This document shows positions 1 through 9,551 of a stretch of 64,000 nucleotides of DNA, piece after piece (position 1 is the first letter of the stretch; each line of letters begins with the position of its first letter). Both the position numbers and the translations under genes were made by a program. Source of the DNA: a virus. The notes beneath the pieces were generated by a model that saw only the letters and a program-made list of their open reading frames with translations, was not told the origin of the DNA and did no database searches. The stretch is from the IMG/VR virus record IMGVR_UViG_3300020472_000018, positions 1-64,000 of that record, one strand, 5' to 3'.

Positions 1-420
1 CCTGAGTTTGAGGATGAGGAAGCAATCGATCCATTCGATTTCTGGCAAGGTGCTAACTTCAAGTTGAAGGCAAAGAACGTTGCTGGTTATCGTAACTATG
101 ACTCTTCTGAGTTCGCTGCCACTAGTGCTTTACTAGATGATGACGATGCGATGGAAGGAGTCTGGAAAAAGGAATTCTCTTTAGCAGAATTAGTTGCTGC
201 CGATCAGTTCAAGTCTTATGATGAACTGAAGACCCGTCTTGGTTATGTACTTGGTAATAAGCAAGTTCGTCAAGATGCTGAAACTGTAGAGCAAGAGGTT
301 GAAGATGTTCAAGCATCTGCTCCTGTTGTTGAGACAGTGGAATCAGTATCCAGATCTTCTGCTACAGAAGATGAAGATGATGACGCATTATCATATTTCG
401 CCAAATTAGCTGAAAGTTAA
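1..420 (+). CDS. gp32: Single-stranded DNA-binding protein gp32 (C-terminal part, truncated at window start)
   Basis: Frame open from base 1: PEFEDEEAIDPFDFWQGANFKLKAKNVAGYRNYDSSEF...; acidic tail EDEDDDALSYFAKLAES typical of T4-like gp32. Confidence 0.95.
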   Translation, partial: PEFEDEEAIDPFDFWQGANFKLKAKNVAGYRNYDSSEFAATSALLDDDDAMEGVWKKEFSLAELVAADQFKSYDELKTRLGYVLGNKQVRQDAETVEQEVEDVQASAPVVETVESVSRSSATEDEDDDALSYFAKLAES

Positions 421-551
421 TGAAAATCAAGCCTCTTAGACATTGTCGATTGTCCCAAATGAAGTTCTTCTACTGGGACCCCAAAGACGATCCAAGAGAG
501 CCTGAATATTGGAAAGACTCACCTTCGGGTGGGTCTTTTTTATGTGATTAA
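420..551 (+). CDS. Small hypothetical protein (43 aa, MKIKPLRHCRLSQMKFFYWDPKDDPREPEYW...)
   Basis: ATG overlaps the gp32 stop (TAATG); open to TAA 549-551; not in the ORF track. Confidence 0.45.
   Translation: MKIKPLRHCRLSQMKFFYWDPKDDPREPEYWKDSPSGGSFLCD
513..541 (+). terminator. Rho-independent terminator with cUUCGg tetraloop
   Basis: AAAGACTCACC-TTCG-GGTGGGTCTTTTTT between convergent gp32 and gp53. Confidence 0.85.
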
Positions 552-1259
552 ATCTGTATTTTCTGTAGTAATTAATCTATTAGTTACGTATTGACTATTT
601 CTATCATATCTCATTATTCTATCATGTTCAGTTAAAAACATCTGTAAGAATTGTTTTTTCAATGGTCTTATCTCTCTTTTCTTTTCGTTTTTGAGTGTTT
701 CATATTCAAAATTAGATACTCCTACAATAGGTGCAATTTTTTCACCAGTATATGTAAATTTACTCTCACCTGCAGATGATGGATTGCTACCATTCCATTT
801 ATTACCAGAACCTCCAATTCTTACAGCAGGTCCATCAATTGTAAACGATGAATCTACTATATTACCTGCAGGTAGAATTAATCTATCATTTTCATCTTTT
901 ACTTCTAAAGTTTCATAATGATGAATAGAATTCATCTCTGTGAGACCATATTTATTTTCAGTATATTCATATAAATCTTTATTTGATAATGGCCATTCAT
1001 CCCTAAGATTGACTATACCGCAAGAAATAATAATTACATAATCTAATTCTGGATCTCCGTATATGTCTTCAGCAACCATATCAGGTCTAGCACCATCAGC
1101 AACAATAAATTTATTAAAAATAGTTGCTGCATTAGTTACATCATCTAATAGTTTGTTCTTTCGGAAAAGATTTTTAACTATAATAAAATCTTTTGATGAA
1201 TTTTTATCTGGTAAGAATGATTGATATCTTACATTAGGTAATTTTCGTATATATGCCAT
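540..1259 (-). CDS. gp53: Baseplate wedge subunit gp53
   Basis: RPDMVAEDIYGDPELDYVIII (LysM-like), EWPLS, HHYET, NEKKREI motifs; position next to gp48. Confidence 0.85.
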   Translation of the reverse strand: MAYIRKLPNVRYQSFLPDKNSSKDFIIVKNLFRKNKLLDDVTNAATIFNKFIVADGARPDMVAEDIYGDPELDYVIIISCGIVNLRDEWPLSNKDLYEYTENKYGLTEMNSIHHYETLEVKDENDRLILPAGNIVDSSFTIDGPAVRIGGSGNKWNGSNPSSAGESKFTYTGEKIAPIVGVSNFEYETLKNEKKREIRPLKKQFLQMFLTEHDRIMRYDRNSQYVTNRLITTENTDLIT

Positions 1260-2482
1260 TAGAATCCAACTCCTTTTACGTCTTCGGTATAATCTTCAAA
1301 GTAAACTGGATTGGTTTCTTTAAATATCATATTAACTTTCATATGAACAGGAGTTGAATCACCATATGATGCATATACTCCTCCTGCTGAGTAATTTACA
1401 CTAAGTGAAGTTAATGCACACGGTTTGAATGAATTTAAAAATGGATGATCTTCACCTGCACTTAGATATCTTAATAAGAATAAATCTGGGGAATTTATGA
1501 ATAGTCCTTCACTTCCAGTTTTTGTTACTTCATCTCCAGCTCTGGGTGACATATGCTGTTTTAATTTTCTTATTATTTTTAGTGCTCTATCAGCTTCATC
1601 TTTACTTCTTGGTGTAAAAGTAAAGTCAAAAGCAAATTCTCTTAATTTAGATCCATTAAATAATAGTTCTTTATTTGCATTAAGAACCTTTCCAGATGCT
1701 CTTGACATAAACTGGTTAGTTGTTGTATTTCCACCAAATACGTTAACAGCCATCCCACCTACAGCAGCTCTTATTGCACTTGCAATATCCTGCATTCCTT
1801 CCACTCCTGAACCTTCTTCTCCAATGTCCATCTTACCAGCTTGAAGAGTATTGATAACTGCTTGAATTTCTTCAGGAGCATTACCACCAGCAGCCATATT
1901 AAAAGCAGTCATTTGGAACATATTCAGAGAATTTTCACCCCAATCAACTGATTTATTATCACCGATTTGTTTTGGAATTGGTAGTTCTACATAAAATTGA
2001 GTATCTGTATTATATGTGTCTCCATTATATCCAGATTGATGTTGGTTATATCTTCTATCAGCTCCCTCTGCATATGCATTAAAATTCTCTTGATGAAACA
2101 CCGAACCAGTTGGTTTAGATCTTTTACCATTATAAACCTGTGTTCCAGCTTTAATAGTATCTCCTGCTTTAAAGAATCCACCACCAAATTTTGGAACCTC
2201 TTGACCTTCACCTAATGTAAGATCTTCATTATTACTAACTAGGTCTCCATATGCTCTAGAAACTATAGGACCGTTTTTCGTGGGTGGTTTATATTTAACG
2301 CATCTTATAAGTAAACTATCTTCCTTTCCACTTCTTTTTAATGGATATTGTAAATGTTCTTTAGATTTTCCCGTTGTAGTCAGCAGTTTCCCTACTTCTA
2401 TTCCAGTTTCATCTTTTTTCGCCCCTTCTTGGGTAGTTTGTGTATCAGATCCTGAATTGTTTTCTACTACTGCTTCTGTCAT
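1259..2482 (-). CDS. gp48: Baseplate tail-tube cap gp48
   Basis: ELPIP, NxNKELLFNGxxLREFxFDFTFTPRSxxEA, FKPCALTSLSVNY, FKETNP motifs. Confidence 0.85.
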   Translation of the reverse strand: MTEAVVENNSGSDTQTTQEGAKKDETGIEVGKLLTTTGKSKEHLQYPLKRSGKEDSLLIRCVKYKPPTKNGPIVSRAYGDLVSNNEDLTLGEGQEVPKFGGGFFKAGDTIKAGTQVYNGKRSKPTGSVFHQENFNAYAEGADRRYNQHQSGYNGDTYNTDTQFYVELPIPKQIGDNKSVDWGENSLNMFQMTAFNMAAGGNAPEEIQAVINTLQAGKMDIGEEGSGVEGMQDIASAIRAAVGGMAVNVFGGNTTTNQFMSRASGKVLNANKELLFNGSKLREFAFDFTFTPRSKDEADRALKIIRKLKQHMSPRAGDEVTKTGSEGLFINSPDLFLLRYLSAGEDHPFLNSFKPCALTSLSVNYSAGGVYASYGDSTPVHMKVNMIFKETNPVYFEDYTEDVKGVGF

Positions 2483-2504
2483 TATCGACCTTATTTTGTT
2501 ATTA

Positions 2505-2852
2505 TCAGCTATTTATACGGAATCTCGCAAAAGGTATCCCATCAAGATCATTTAACTCTTCATTACTAATTTCATACAACCCACCAGATACTTCACCCCA
2601 AGTATATTGTCGATGTTCGTTCCAATGAAAATTGATACCACGAAATCCCCATTCATACAAGTTTGTTACACCAACTAGGGGATTCTGATCATACCTTATA
2701 TTAGGTGTTTTTGGATTATATACAAAGACATAGAATTTTCCTATTGTTGGCATTTTACTACCTTCCTGTAATGCATCAAGAATTTCCATCATTAAATCAT
2801 CAGGATCTTCTGTCCCAATTAAATTATAACGAATGTCTTTAATTCTATTCAT
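2505..2852 (-). CDS. gp2: DNA end protector gp2-like protein
   Basis: GKFYVFVYNPKT...YDQNPLV...GFRGINFHW resembles the T4 gp2 core; adjacent to gp4. Confidence 0.65.
   Translation of the reverse strand: MNRIKDIRYNLIGTEDPDDLMMEILDALQEGSKMPTIGKFYVFVYNPKTPNIRYDQNPLVGVTNLYEWGFRGINFHWNEHRQYTWGEVSGGLYEISNEELNDLDGIPFARFRINS
2510..2517 (-). promoter_or_regulatory. T4-type late promoter (TATAAATA) for gp48-gp53
   Basis: TATTTATA on + strand = TATAAATA on - strand, ~28 nt upstream of the gp48 ATG. Confidence 0.75.
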
Positions 2853-3286
2853 TATACTCCAAGTTCTTTTTCTGTAATTACTTTGAACTCCAATTGTCTA
2901 TCAGCACACCATTCTCTTGCTTCTTTCCATTTTGTTTGGTTTGTAGCATATGTATATGCTTCTTTTATATAACCCTTTGTTTGACGTTTTGGTTTTTTAG
3001 GTGGACTACATTGTTTTAATGGTTTCACTTCAATAACATATTTTTTTATTCTACCATCAGTTTCCTTTACCTTCATATAGAAATCTGGAAAGTATCTATG
3101 AGAGCGATGATCAACTGGAGATATGTAAGGTATTGCTATTTCTTCACTATTCCATTCTAATACGTTGGCATTAGAATCACAGTAAACCATGAATTTTCTT
3201 TCCCATAATGATCGAAATACTATGTTAGTAGGATCACCTTTATATTTGTGAGGAAATTTTGGATAATATTTTCCTTTATAAGCCAT
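2852..3286 (-). CDS. gp4: Head completion protein gp4 (TnsA-like endonuclease fold)
   Basis: YKGKY.P..PHKYKGD, RSLWERKFM, WNSEE..IPY, HRYFPDF, IEVKP, N..KW..A. Confidence 0.92.
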   Translation of the reverse strand: MAYKGKYYPKFPHKYKGDPTNIVFRSLWERKFMVYCDSNANVLEWNSEEIAIPYISPVDHRSHRYFPDFYMKVKETDGRIKKYVIEVKPLKQCSPPKKPKRQTKGYIKEAYTYATNQTKWKEAREWCADRQLEFKVITEKELGV

Positions 3287-3287
3287 C

Positions 3288-3320
3288 TAAATAGAAATGA
3301 TATAATAAGAACTATTTAGA
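3288..3320. promoter_or_regulatory. Divergent pair of late promoters (TAAATA on each strand)
   Basis: TAAATA at 3288-3293 (+, for gp54) and TATTTA at 3313-3318 (-, for gp4). Confidence 0.6.
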
Positions 3321-4163
3321 GTGCCAGCCCCAATTCCAAAGAAAATATCTCAGATATTGCCCAAGTTTCAGAATGTTGCTCAAACTTCTCATTACTTAGT
3401 TAAGTTTGGTTTACCTTCTAAAGGTGGTTTAAGAAGTCATCTTCAAGATAAGGGAGTGGATGTTAGATTTTCTGGTGAGGATATAGGTTTACTTTGCAGT
3501 TCCGCAGTTTTACCTGGATCATCTATGGCTACTGTTGCTGTAACTGGTGAGTATCAGGGATTAGTTGAAATAATACCCCATACTAGAAATTTTACAAGAA
3601 TTAAGTTAGAATTTTATGTTGATAATAGATATAAATCATTGAAATTTCTAGAGCATTGGATGGAATATATTACTGGTGGTTCTAGTGCAGGGACATTAGA
3701 TGATGGTTATCATTTTAAACTTCATTATCCAGAGGAATATAGATCAGAATCAACCAAAATTATTAAATTTGAAAAGAATTATAGACAATTCTTAGAGTAT
3801 AATTTTAGAGGATTATATCCTATAAATTTAAGTTCAACAAAAGTTTCTTATAAGAATTCTGATGTATTAAAAGCAACTTGTGAATTTGCTTATGAAAGAT
3901 ATATTTGTGGTGAAGCAACTTCTGCCTCAGAATCTGCAGGTACTGATCAAAATAATTCACTTAGTAGATTTGGGATGAAGGCAGGTGATGTAACTGTTAT
4001 TAATAATGAAGTTACTAAAGAGTTAGAGGCTACTATTGTAACTGGAAAGAGTGGTTGGAATCCTACAGGTGATAATGATGGTGATGGTATTTTAAATAAT
4101 CAAGATACCTTTGACCCATCTTTAGACGGTTTAAGACCTGGTGATAGGAGACCAGGTACTTAA
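3321..4163 (+). CDS. gp54: Baseplate tail-tube initiator gp54-like (tail-tube fold)
   Basis: LLCSSAVLPG, FLEHWMEYI, F.GLYP.NLSS..VSY, FAYERY; GTG start; synteny. Confidence 0.65.
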   Translation: MPAPIPKKISQILPKFQNVAQTSHYLVKFGLPSKGGLRSHLQDKGVDVRFSGEDIGLLCSSAVLPGSSMATVAVTGEYQGLVEIIPHTRNFTRIKLEFYVDNRYKSLKFLEHWMEYITGGSSAGTLDDGYHFKLHYPEEYRSESTKIIKFEKNYRQFLEYNFRGLYPINLSSTKVSYKNSDVLKATCEFAYERYICGEATSASESAGTDQNNSLSRFGMKAGDVTVINNEVTKELEATIVTGKSGWNPTGDNDGDGILNNQDTFDPSLDGLRPGDRRPGT

Positions 4164-4208
4164 AAAAACCTCCTATATACTCTACGAATAATAATATTAT
4201 AATTTATT

Positions 4209-4925
4209 ATGCCTTTACCAAAGATTACTGCTCCTAGCTATGAGTTGGTTATACCTTCTTCCAAAAAGAAGATTAAATTTAGACCATTTTTAGTTAAAGA
4301 GGAAAAGATCCTTATTTTGGCTATGGAAAGTCAAGATAGTAAACAGATTGCTAATGCTATAAAGGATGTTCTTACTTCTTGTATTTCAACAAGAGGTGTT
4401 AAAGTTGAAAAACTATCAACATTTGATATTGAATATCTATTTTTAAATATTCGTGGTAAGTCTGTTGGAGAACAAATTGAAGTTACTGTTACTTGTTCTG
4501 ATGATGGAAAAACACAAGTTCCAACAGTTATTAATTTAGATGAAATTCAAGTTCAATTTAGTGATGATCATTCTAGAGATATTAAATTAGATGATGATTA
4601 TACATTAAGGATGAGATATCCATCAATGGATGAATTTATTAAAACTAATTTTAATGTTGGTGATATTAGTGTTGATGATACTTTTAAATTAATTGCATCT
4701 TGTATAGAACAAGTTTATTCTGAAGAAGAATCTTGGGCAGGATCTGATTGTACAAAGAAAGAACTAACTGAATTTGTAGAGCAATTAAATTCAAAGCAAT
4801 TCAAAGAAGTTGAAAAATTCTTTGAAACAATGCCTAAACTTTCTCATAAAGTTAAAGTAACAAATCCAAATACAAAAGTTGAAAATGAACTTGTTTTAGA
4901 GGGGCTGCAGAGTTTTTTCGGGTAA
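4209..4925 (+). CDS. gp26: Baseplate hub assembly protein gp26
   Basis: MPLPKI..P.YEL..PS, FRPFLVKEEKIL, FDIEYLFLNIRGKSVGE, FFETMPKL, LEGLQSFF. Confidence 0.9.
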   Translation: MPLPKITAPSYELVIPSSKKKIKFRPFLVKEEKILILAMESQDSKQIANAIKDVLTSCISTRGVKVEKLSTFDIEYLFLNIRGKSVGEQIEVTVTCSDDGKTQVPTVINLDEIQVQFSDDHSRDIKLDDDYTLRMRYPSMDEFIKTNFNVGDISVDDTFKLIASCIEQVYSEEESWAGSDCTKKELTEFVEQLNSKQFKEVEKFFETMPKLSHKVKVTNPNTKVENELVLEGLQSFFG

Positions 4926-4927
4926 GT

Positions 4928-5101
4928 ATGTCGCATGAAGATCTTGCGTCATACTATCAAGTTAATTTTGCTTTAATGCAACACCATAAATATTCATTAA
5001 CAGAGCTAGAAAATATGATACCTTGGGAAAGAGAAATTTATCTCGCTCTTTTACAGCAATACATTGAAGATGAAAATTTAAAGGCACAACAAAATGGCTG
5101 A
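4928..5101 (+). CDS. gp51: Baseplate hub assembly catalyst gp51-like (57 aa); possibly made as a frameshift fusion to gp26
   Basis: MSHEDLASYYQVNFALMQHHKYSLTELENMIPWEREIYLALLQQYIEDE; missed by the ORF track (<60 aa). Confidence 0.85.
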   Translation: MSHEDLASYYQVNFALMQHHKYSLTELENMIPWEREIYLALLQQYIEDENLKAQQNG

Positions 5102-6590
5102 AATTAGATCACCATTAGGACAAATACGTGGAACACTTCGTAAAGTTTCTAATAGTGTCTTTCGTCCTCCTACACAGCAAGGTTCAAAAGAAGATTCTGT
5201 AGCAAGTAATTTAATTGCTAGAAATTCATCTTTATTGGGTGGTATTCAAAAACAAATTAATACATTAAATCAGCAGCAATCAGTAATAAACAAATCTTTA
5301 AGTATAATAAGTAAAAATTTAGTAACAGGATCAAAATTAGAAAAACAAAGACAACAAGCACAGAAAGCAAGAGAAGCTAAATTAGCAGCACAAGGATTAA
5401 GATCAGAAAAAGAAGCACAAATTGAAGGACCTCTTCAGAAAGCTCTTATGGCTCCAGTTAGAGCAGTGCAAGTTAGAACTATGAGTATTTTCACCAAACT
5501 AACTAGATTTTTAATGATATTAGCTGGTGGATGGTTATCTAATAAAATTCTTGATCTTTTTGAAGCAAATATTACAGGTAGTGTTGAAAGAATACAAGAA
5601 ATAAAGAAAAATCTTTTATCTGGATTTATGAAAGCTGGATTGGCTTTATTGCTCTTTAATCCATTTCTTGGGAAGTTAGTTTTAGGTGCAACGGCACTTG
5701 GAGTTGTTATTGATAACATAGCTAGTGGTGGTATTTTAGCAAAACCATTTAATTTTATAATGGAATGGTTGAAGGATGTAACAGATTGGTTTTCTAAAGA
5801 AGTAGATGCTGGTAACATAGAATTCAATCCTAAAAATTGGTGGTTTTTTGGAAATAATGATCAGAAAGAAAATACGAATGTGAATAAGGAGGAGGAGAAT
5901 AATAATGAAAATCCTGCAGAGAATTGGAAAGTTTTTCTAGATCCTGCTAATAAAGATGAATCAACAAATCAAAAAAATGAAATTGATACATCTAATAAGG
6001 ATAATCAATCTGGTGCTATAGAATCTAATAATAGTATTGATCTTGAAGCATTACGTTTGAAAAGAGAAAGGGGAGAGGAATTAACACAGGAAGAAAAAGA
6101 TGCATTAATAGAAGCAGAAGGTGGAAAGGATAATATTAGTCCTGCAATGATGAGTGAGATAACCGATAAGGATTTGTTGGCTGAGATAGAAGGTAAGAAA
6201 CCCTTCAGAACTGATTTTGGTCCTGGTAAATCTGGATCAGAGGAATATGCTGCAGCATTAACAGAGTATAACGAAACATACGGTCAAAGGATTAAAGATT
6301 TAAAAGCTAAGATTAATGGGAATAAAATTGATGACAATAAATTAATTAATAATAATAAAACGAATATCAAAGAAAGGACAACTAATTTAACTTCTCTTCT
6401 TGCTTCTTTATCTGATGCTACACCAACTATAGTTCCATTCCCTACAGATACTCAAGCTGCAGAATCTGGTGCAAGTGGAACTGTTTCAGTGCCTGGAGGT
6501 ACTGGTGGATCTGTCCCCGTTATAAAATCTTTTAATAAGGATAATAGTTATGTTTATCTTGCTTATAAGCATTATCAGGTAGCACCTTAA
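5094..6590 (+). CDS. Hub/tape-measure-like structural protein (coiled coil plus hydrophobic segments)
   Basis: N-terminal coiled coil, FLMILAGGWL hydrophobic segment; lies between gp51 and the hub genes. Confidence 0.5.
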   Translation: MAEIRSPLGQIRGTLRKVSNSVFRPPTQQGSKEDSVASNLIARNSSLLGGIQKQINTLNQQQSVINKSLSIISKNLVTGSKLEKQRQQAQKAREAKLAAQGLRSEKEAQIEGPLQKALMAPVRAVQVRTMSIFTKLTRFLMILAGGWLSNKILDLFEANITGSVERIQEIKKNLLSGFMKAGLALLLFNPFLGKLVLGATALGVVIDNIASGGILAKPFNFIMEWLKDVTDWFSKEVDAGNIEFNPKNWWFFGNNDQKENTNVNKEEENNNENPAENWKVFLDPANKDESTNQKNEIDTSNKDNQSGAIESNNSIDLEALRLKRERGEELTQEEKDALIEAEGGKDNISPAMMSEITDKDLLAEIEGKKPFRTDFGPGKSGSEEYAAALTEYNETYGQRIKDLKAKINGNKIDDNKLINNNKTNIKERTTNLTSLLASLSDATPTIVPFPTDTQAAESGASGTVSVPGGTGGSVPVIKSFNKDNSYVYLAYKHYQVAP

Positions 6591-6594
6591 TATT

Positions 6595-8256
6595 ATGGAT
6601 ACTAAAGGTTTAATTTCATCTTCTAAAAGTCTTACTAATATTGGTAAGTCTCTAGGATCTTTTACAACAAGTCTTAATAGTGCTGCTAATGCCACTGGAG
6701 CAATTGCAAAAACAATTAATGAAGATAATAAGTTAAAAGGTAAATCAATATCAGATGATGCTACATTTTTTGCAAAAAGAAGAACTGCATTTCTTAGAAA
6801 AAGGAAAGAAGAACAAATAGAAGCTACTGGAGCTAAAGGAGCAGCTAAAGCTTCAAAGGGTATTTTAAAAAATCCAGTAAGAGGATTTTTAGGTAGAATA
6901 TTAGATTTCTTTGCTATAACTTTAATTGGTTGGATAACTTTTAAATTACCTGCAATTTTGAAGCGTTTTGAAGGTTTAATAAAAGTTATTGGCAAATTGG
7001 TTGGAATTTTTAATGGTTTTATCGATACACTTTCTAGTAATCTTATTGAGTTTAATCAACAAGCAGACTCAGTAAATGAATCTATATCACAACCAGATTC
7101 TGATAAATTTAAAAGTGATATAAGTCAACAATCAGATAAAACTGATACTTCATTTTATAAAATGAAGAAAGATTTGTCTGATACTATGAAGGTATATGCA
7201 GATCCTAAAACTTATAAATTAAAACCACCATCTGCTGATGGTCCTCCAGGTCCTACAGGTGATGGTCCTCCAGGTCCTACAGGTGATGGTCCTCCAGGTC
7301 CTCCAGGTCCAAATGGTGGAGATGGTCCTCCAGGTCCTCCAGGTTCTTCAGATAACAGTTGGGAATCCAATCCTAATGATTGGGATTTCTCGTGGATGAA
7401 TCCTTTTAAAAAGGATGAAAGTAATGTGGAGGAAAATAATAATGAAGATAAAACTGGTGATTTATTCGATGAAACAATTGCAAATGATAAAAAACAACCT
7501 TTAATTAAAAGGTTTGAGGCTGGTTATACTCCTAAGAAAGAGATAGAAAAAGATGGAAAACTGATAATAAATCCTGAGTATGTTGAATATCAAGAATGGT
7601 TGAATAAAAGTGGATTTGAACTGAAAGCTGATGGTGGTCGCCTTGATGCTAAAACATTAAGTCTTGTAGGAGAGGAAGGACCAGAATTATTCATTTCTGA
7701 TAAACCAGGAACAATTGTACCAAATAAAGTAACTGTTGATTTTATAGATAGAATTATTGCAAATAAAAATAATGCATCAGTTGTTGATCAGAAAAGAGCA
7801 GCAAGAAGATTATATGAAAAACTTGTTGAACAGCATATTGAAAAATATGGTATTATAAGAATTGATGAGGATGAAAAATATAAAGCACAAACAATAGGTA
7901 GATTAAAAGAAGCACTTGGACAAATAGAAGTAGAGGCAGATAAAATTACTCCAGAATCTATTTCTGCTCAATCCAATAACAAATTAATAACTGAGATAAC
8001 TCCTGATAAGATAAGTTCTGAAATTAATATTCCTGAATTAAATATATCCCAATTTGAACTTCCTAAAATAAATATTCCTAATCTTAAAAAAGAAAGAAAA
8101 GGACCAGTTGTTATGCTTCCACCTATGATTTCACCAAATCGACCAACTCCACCGTCTCCACCTATGCAAAATTCAAAAGGATCTACTCCTTCTACTGGTT
8201 CTAGTGTAAATACAATGTATACACATTTAACAACCTTAGTAACAGCATATACGTAA
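6595..8256 (+). CDS. Second hub/tape-measure-like protein with a short collagen-like insert
   Basis: Paralogous N-terminus (R.RKEEQIE...FFAITLIGWI); ADGG...LVGEEGPELF..GTIVPN tape-measure-type motif; GPP insert. Confidence 0.55.
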   Translation: MDTKGLISSSKSLTNIGKSLGSFTTSLNSAANATGAIAKTINEDNKLKGKSISDDATFFAKRRTAFLRKRKEEQIEATGAKGAAKASKGILKNPVRGFLGRILDFFAITLIGWITFKLPAILKRFEGLIKVIGKLVGIFNGFIDTLSSNLIEFNQQADSVNESISQPDSDKFKSDISQQSDKTDTSFYKMKKDLSDTMKVYADPKTYKLKPPSADGPPGPTGDGPPGPTGDGPPGPPGPNGGDGPPGPPGSSDNSWESNPNDWDFSWMNPFKKDESNVEENNNEDKTGDLFDETIANDKKQPLIKRFEAGYTPKKEIEKDGKLIINPEYVEYQEWLNKSGFELKADGGRLDAKTLSLVGEEGPELFISDKPGTIVPNKVTVDFIDRIIANKNNASVVDQKRAARRLYEKLVEQHIEKYGIIRIDEDEKYKAQTIGRLKEALGQIEVEADKITPESISAQSNNKLITEITPDKISSEINIPELNISQFELPKINIPNLKKERKGPVVMLPPMISPNRPTPPSPPMQNSKGSTPSTGSSVNTMYTHLTTLVTAYT

Positions 8257-9551
8257 TGGCAGCATTAGATTCCTCAATTTATGAAGAGATTATAATAACA
8301 TCAGCAGATGGATCAAAGGATGTTGATGTTTCTTCTGGTGCAGTAATGATTGGTTATTATGAAGATATATTCTCACCAACAGTTACTGCTAAGTTACAGA
8401 TTGTTAATGATGGTGGTACTGTAGAAGGAGAGGATGGATCTTTACAGTCAATATATAACGGACTTCCATTAAGAGGTGGTGAAAAAGTTAGTATAAAAAT
8501 AAAAGGAAATTCTGAAACTAATCCAGGGTTAGATTTTACAGAAGAAAAACAATTTTTCGTTTCTAGTATTTCAAATGTAATTATTAAGAGGAAAACTGAA
8601 ACATTTACTTTAAATTTAGTCTCACCTACAGCAATAACAAATGAAACTTCTAGAGTTGGTAAAAAATATCCAACATCACTAACGATTTCAGAATCTGTGA
8701 AAACTATAGTTAAAGAAAATTTAGGGGTTGAGGGTGATATTGATGTTGATAATACGCAAAATGTATATGGTTTTATTGGAAATATGAGAAAACCATTTAC
8801 TATTTTAACATGGTTAGCATCAAAATCTGTACCAGAATTACCAGATGAAGGATCGAAGAAACCAACAAATGCTACTGCAGGATATGTATTTTATGAAACT
8901 AAATCTGGATTTCATTTTAGATCTATTGATAATTTAATAGAGTCTGCACCATATGGAATTGCATATAATTATAGTGAGATTATTGATAAACAAGCAGATA
9001 ATGATCATAAGATATTAAGATACCATACTTCTTTAAATGAAGATGTTTTGGGTAAACTTCAGAGAGGTGCTTACTGTAGTTACAGAACTTTCTTTAATCC
9101 TTTAACTTTTGAATATACTGATCCATCTAAGGGAAAATTTAAATTAGAGGATTATAAAGGAAAAGCAAAATCAATGGGTAAAGAAGTTACTTTACCAGGA
9201 GAACTTGGAAATTCTGCAAGTAGACAAATAACAGCTATTTTGGATGTTGGTACTATGGAGCAGGGTGTATCTAAACAAGAAAATGCAGATCCCTTTCTTA
9301 TTCAATCTCAAACAATGATGAGATATAATTCTATATTCTCTCAGAAATTGAGTATGACTATTCCATCAAACACTAATTTGGAAGCTGGAAATCTTATAGA
9401 ATGTAAATTTCCTAAAAGTGCTGCTAAAGATGAAATTGATTTGGAGCAAAGTGGTCTATATATGATTAAAGAATTATGTCATTATTTTGATCCAACTGCA
9501 TCATATACATCGTTAACCTTAATAAGAGACACATTCGGAACTAAAGAATAA
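8256..9551 (+). CDS. Baseplate hub protein (gp27-like)
   Basis: YYEDIFSPTVTA, GYVFYETKSGFHFRSID, SGLYMIKELCH..LIRD; immediately upstream of gp5. Confidence 0.65.
   Translation: MAALDSSIYEEIIITSADGSKDVDVSSGAVMIGYYEDIFSPTVTAKLQIVNDGGTVEGEDGSLQSIYNGLPLRGGEKVSIKIKGNSETNPGLDFTEEKQFFVSSISNVIIKRKTETFTLNLVSPTAITNETSRVGKKYPTSLTISESVKTIVKENLGVEGDIDVDNTQNVYGFIGNMRKPFTILTWLASKSVPELPDEGSKKPTNATAGYVFYETKSGFHFRSIDNLIESAPYGIAYNYSEIIDKQADNDHKILRYHTSLNEDVLGKLQRGAYCSYRTFFNPLTFEYTDPSKGKFKLEDYKGKAKSMGKEVTLPGELGNSASRQITAILDVGTMEQGVSKQENADPFLIQSQTMMRYNSIFSQKLSMTIPSNTNLEAGNLIECKFPKSAAKDEIDLEQSGLYMIKELCHYFDPTASYTSLTLIRDTFGTKE

Noticed and set aside
2852-3286. TnsA-like transposase or mobile element
   Set aside because: This is the core T4 head-completion gene gp4 in its usual position
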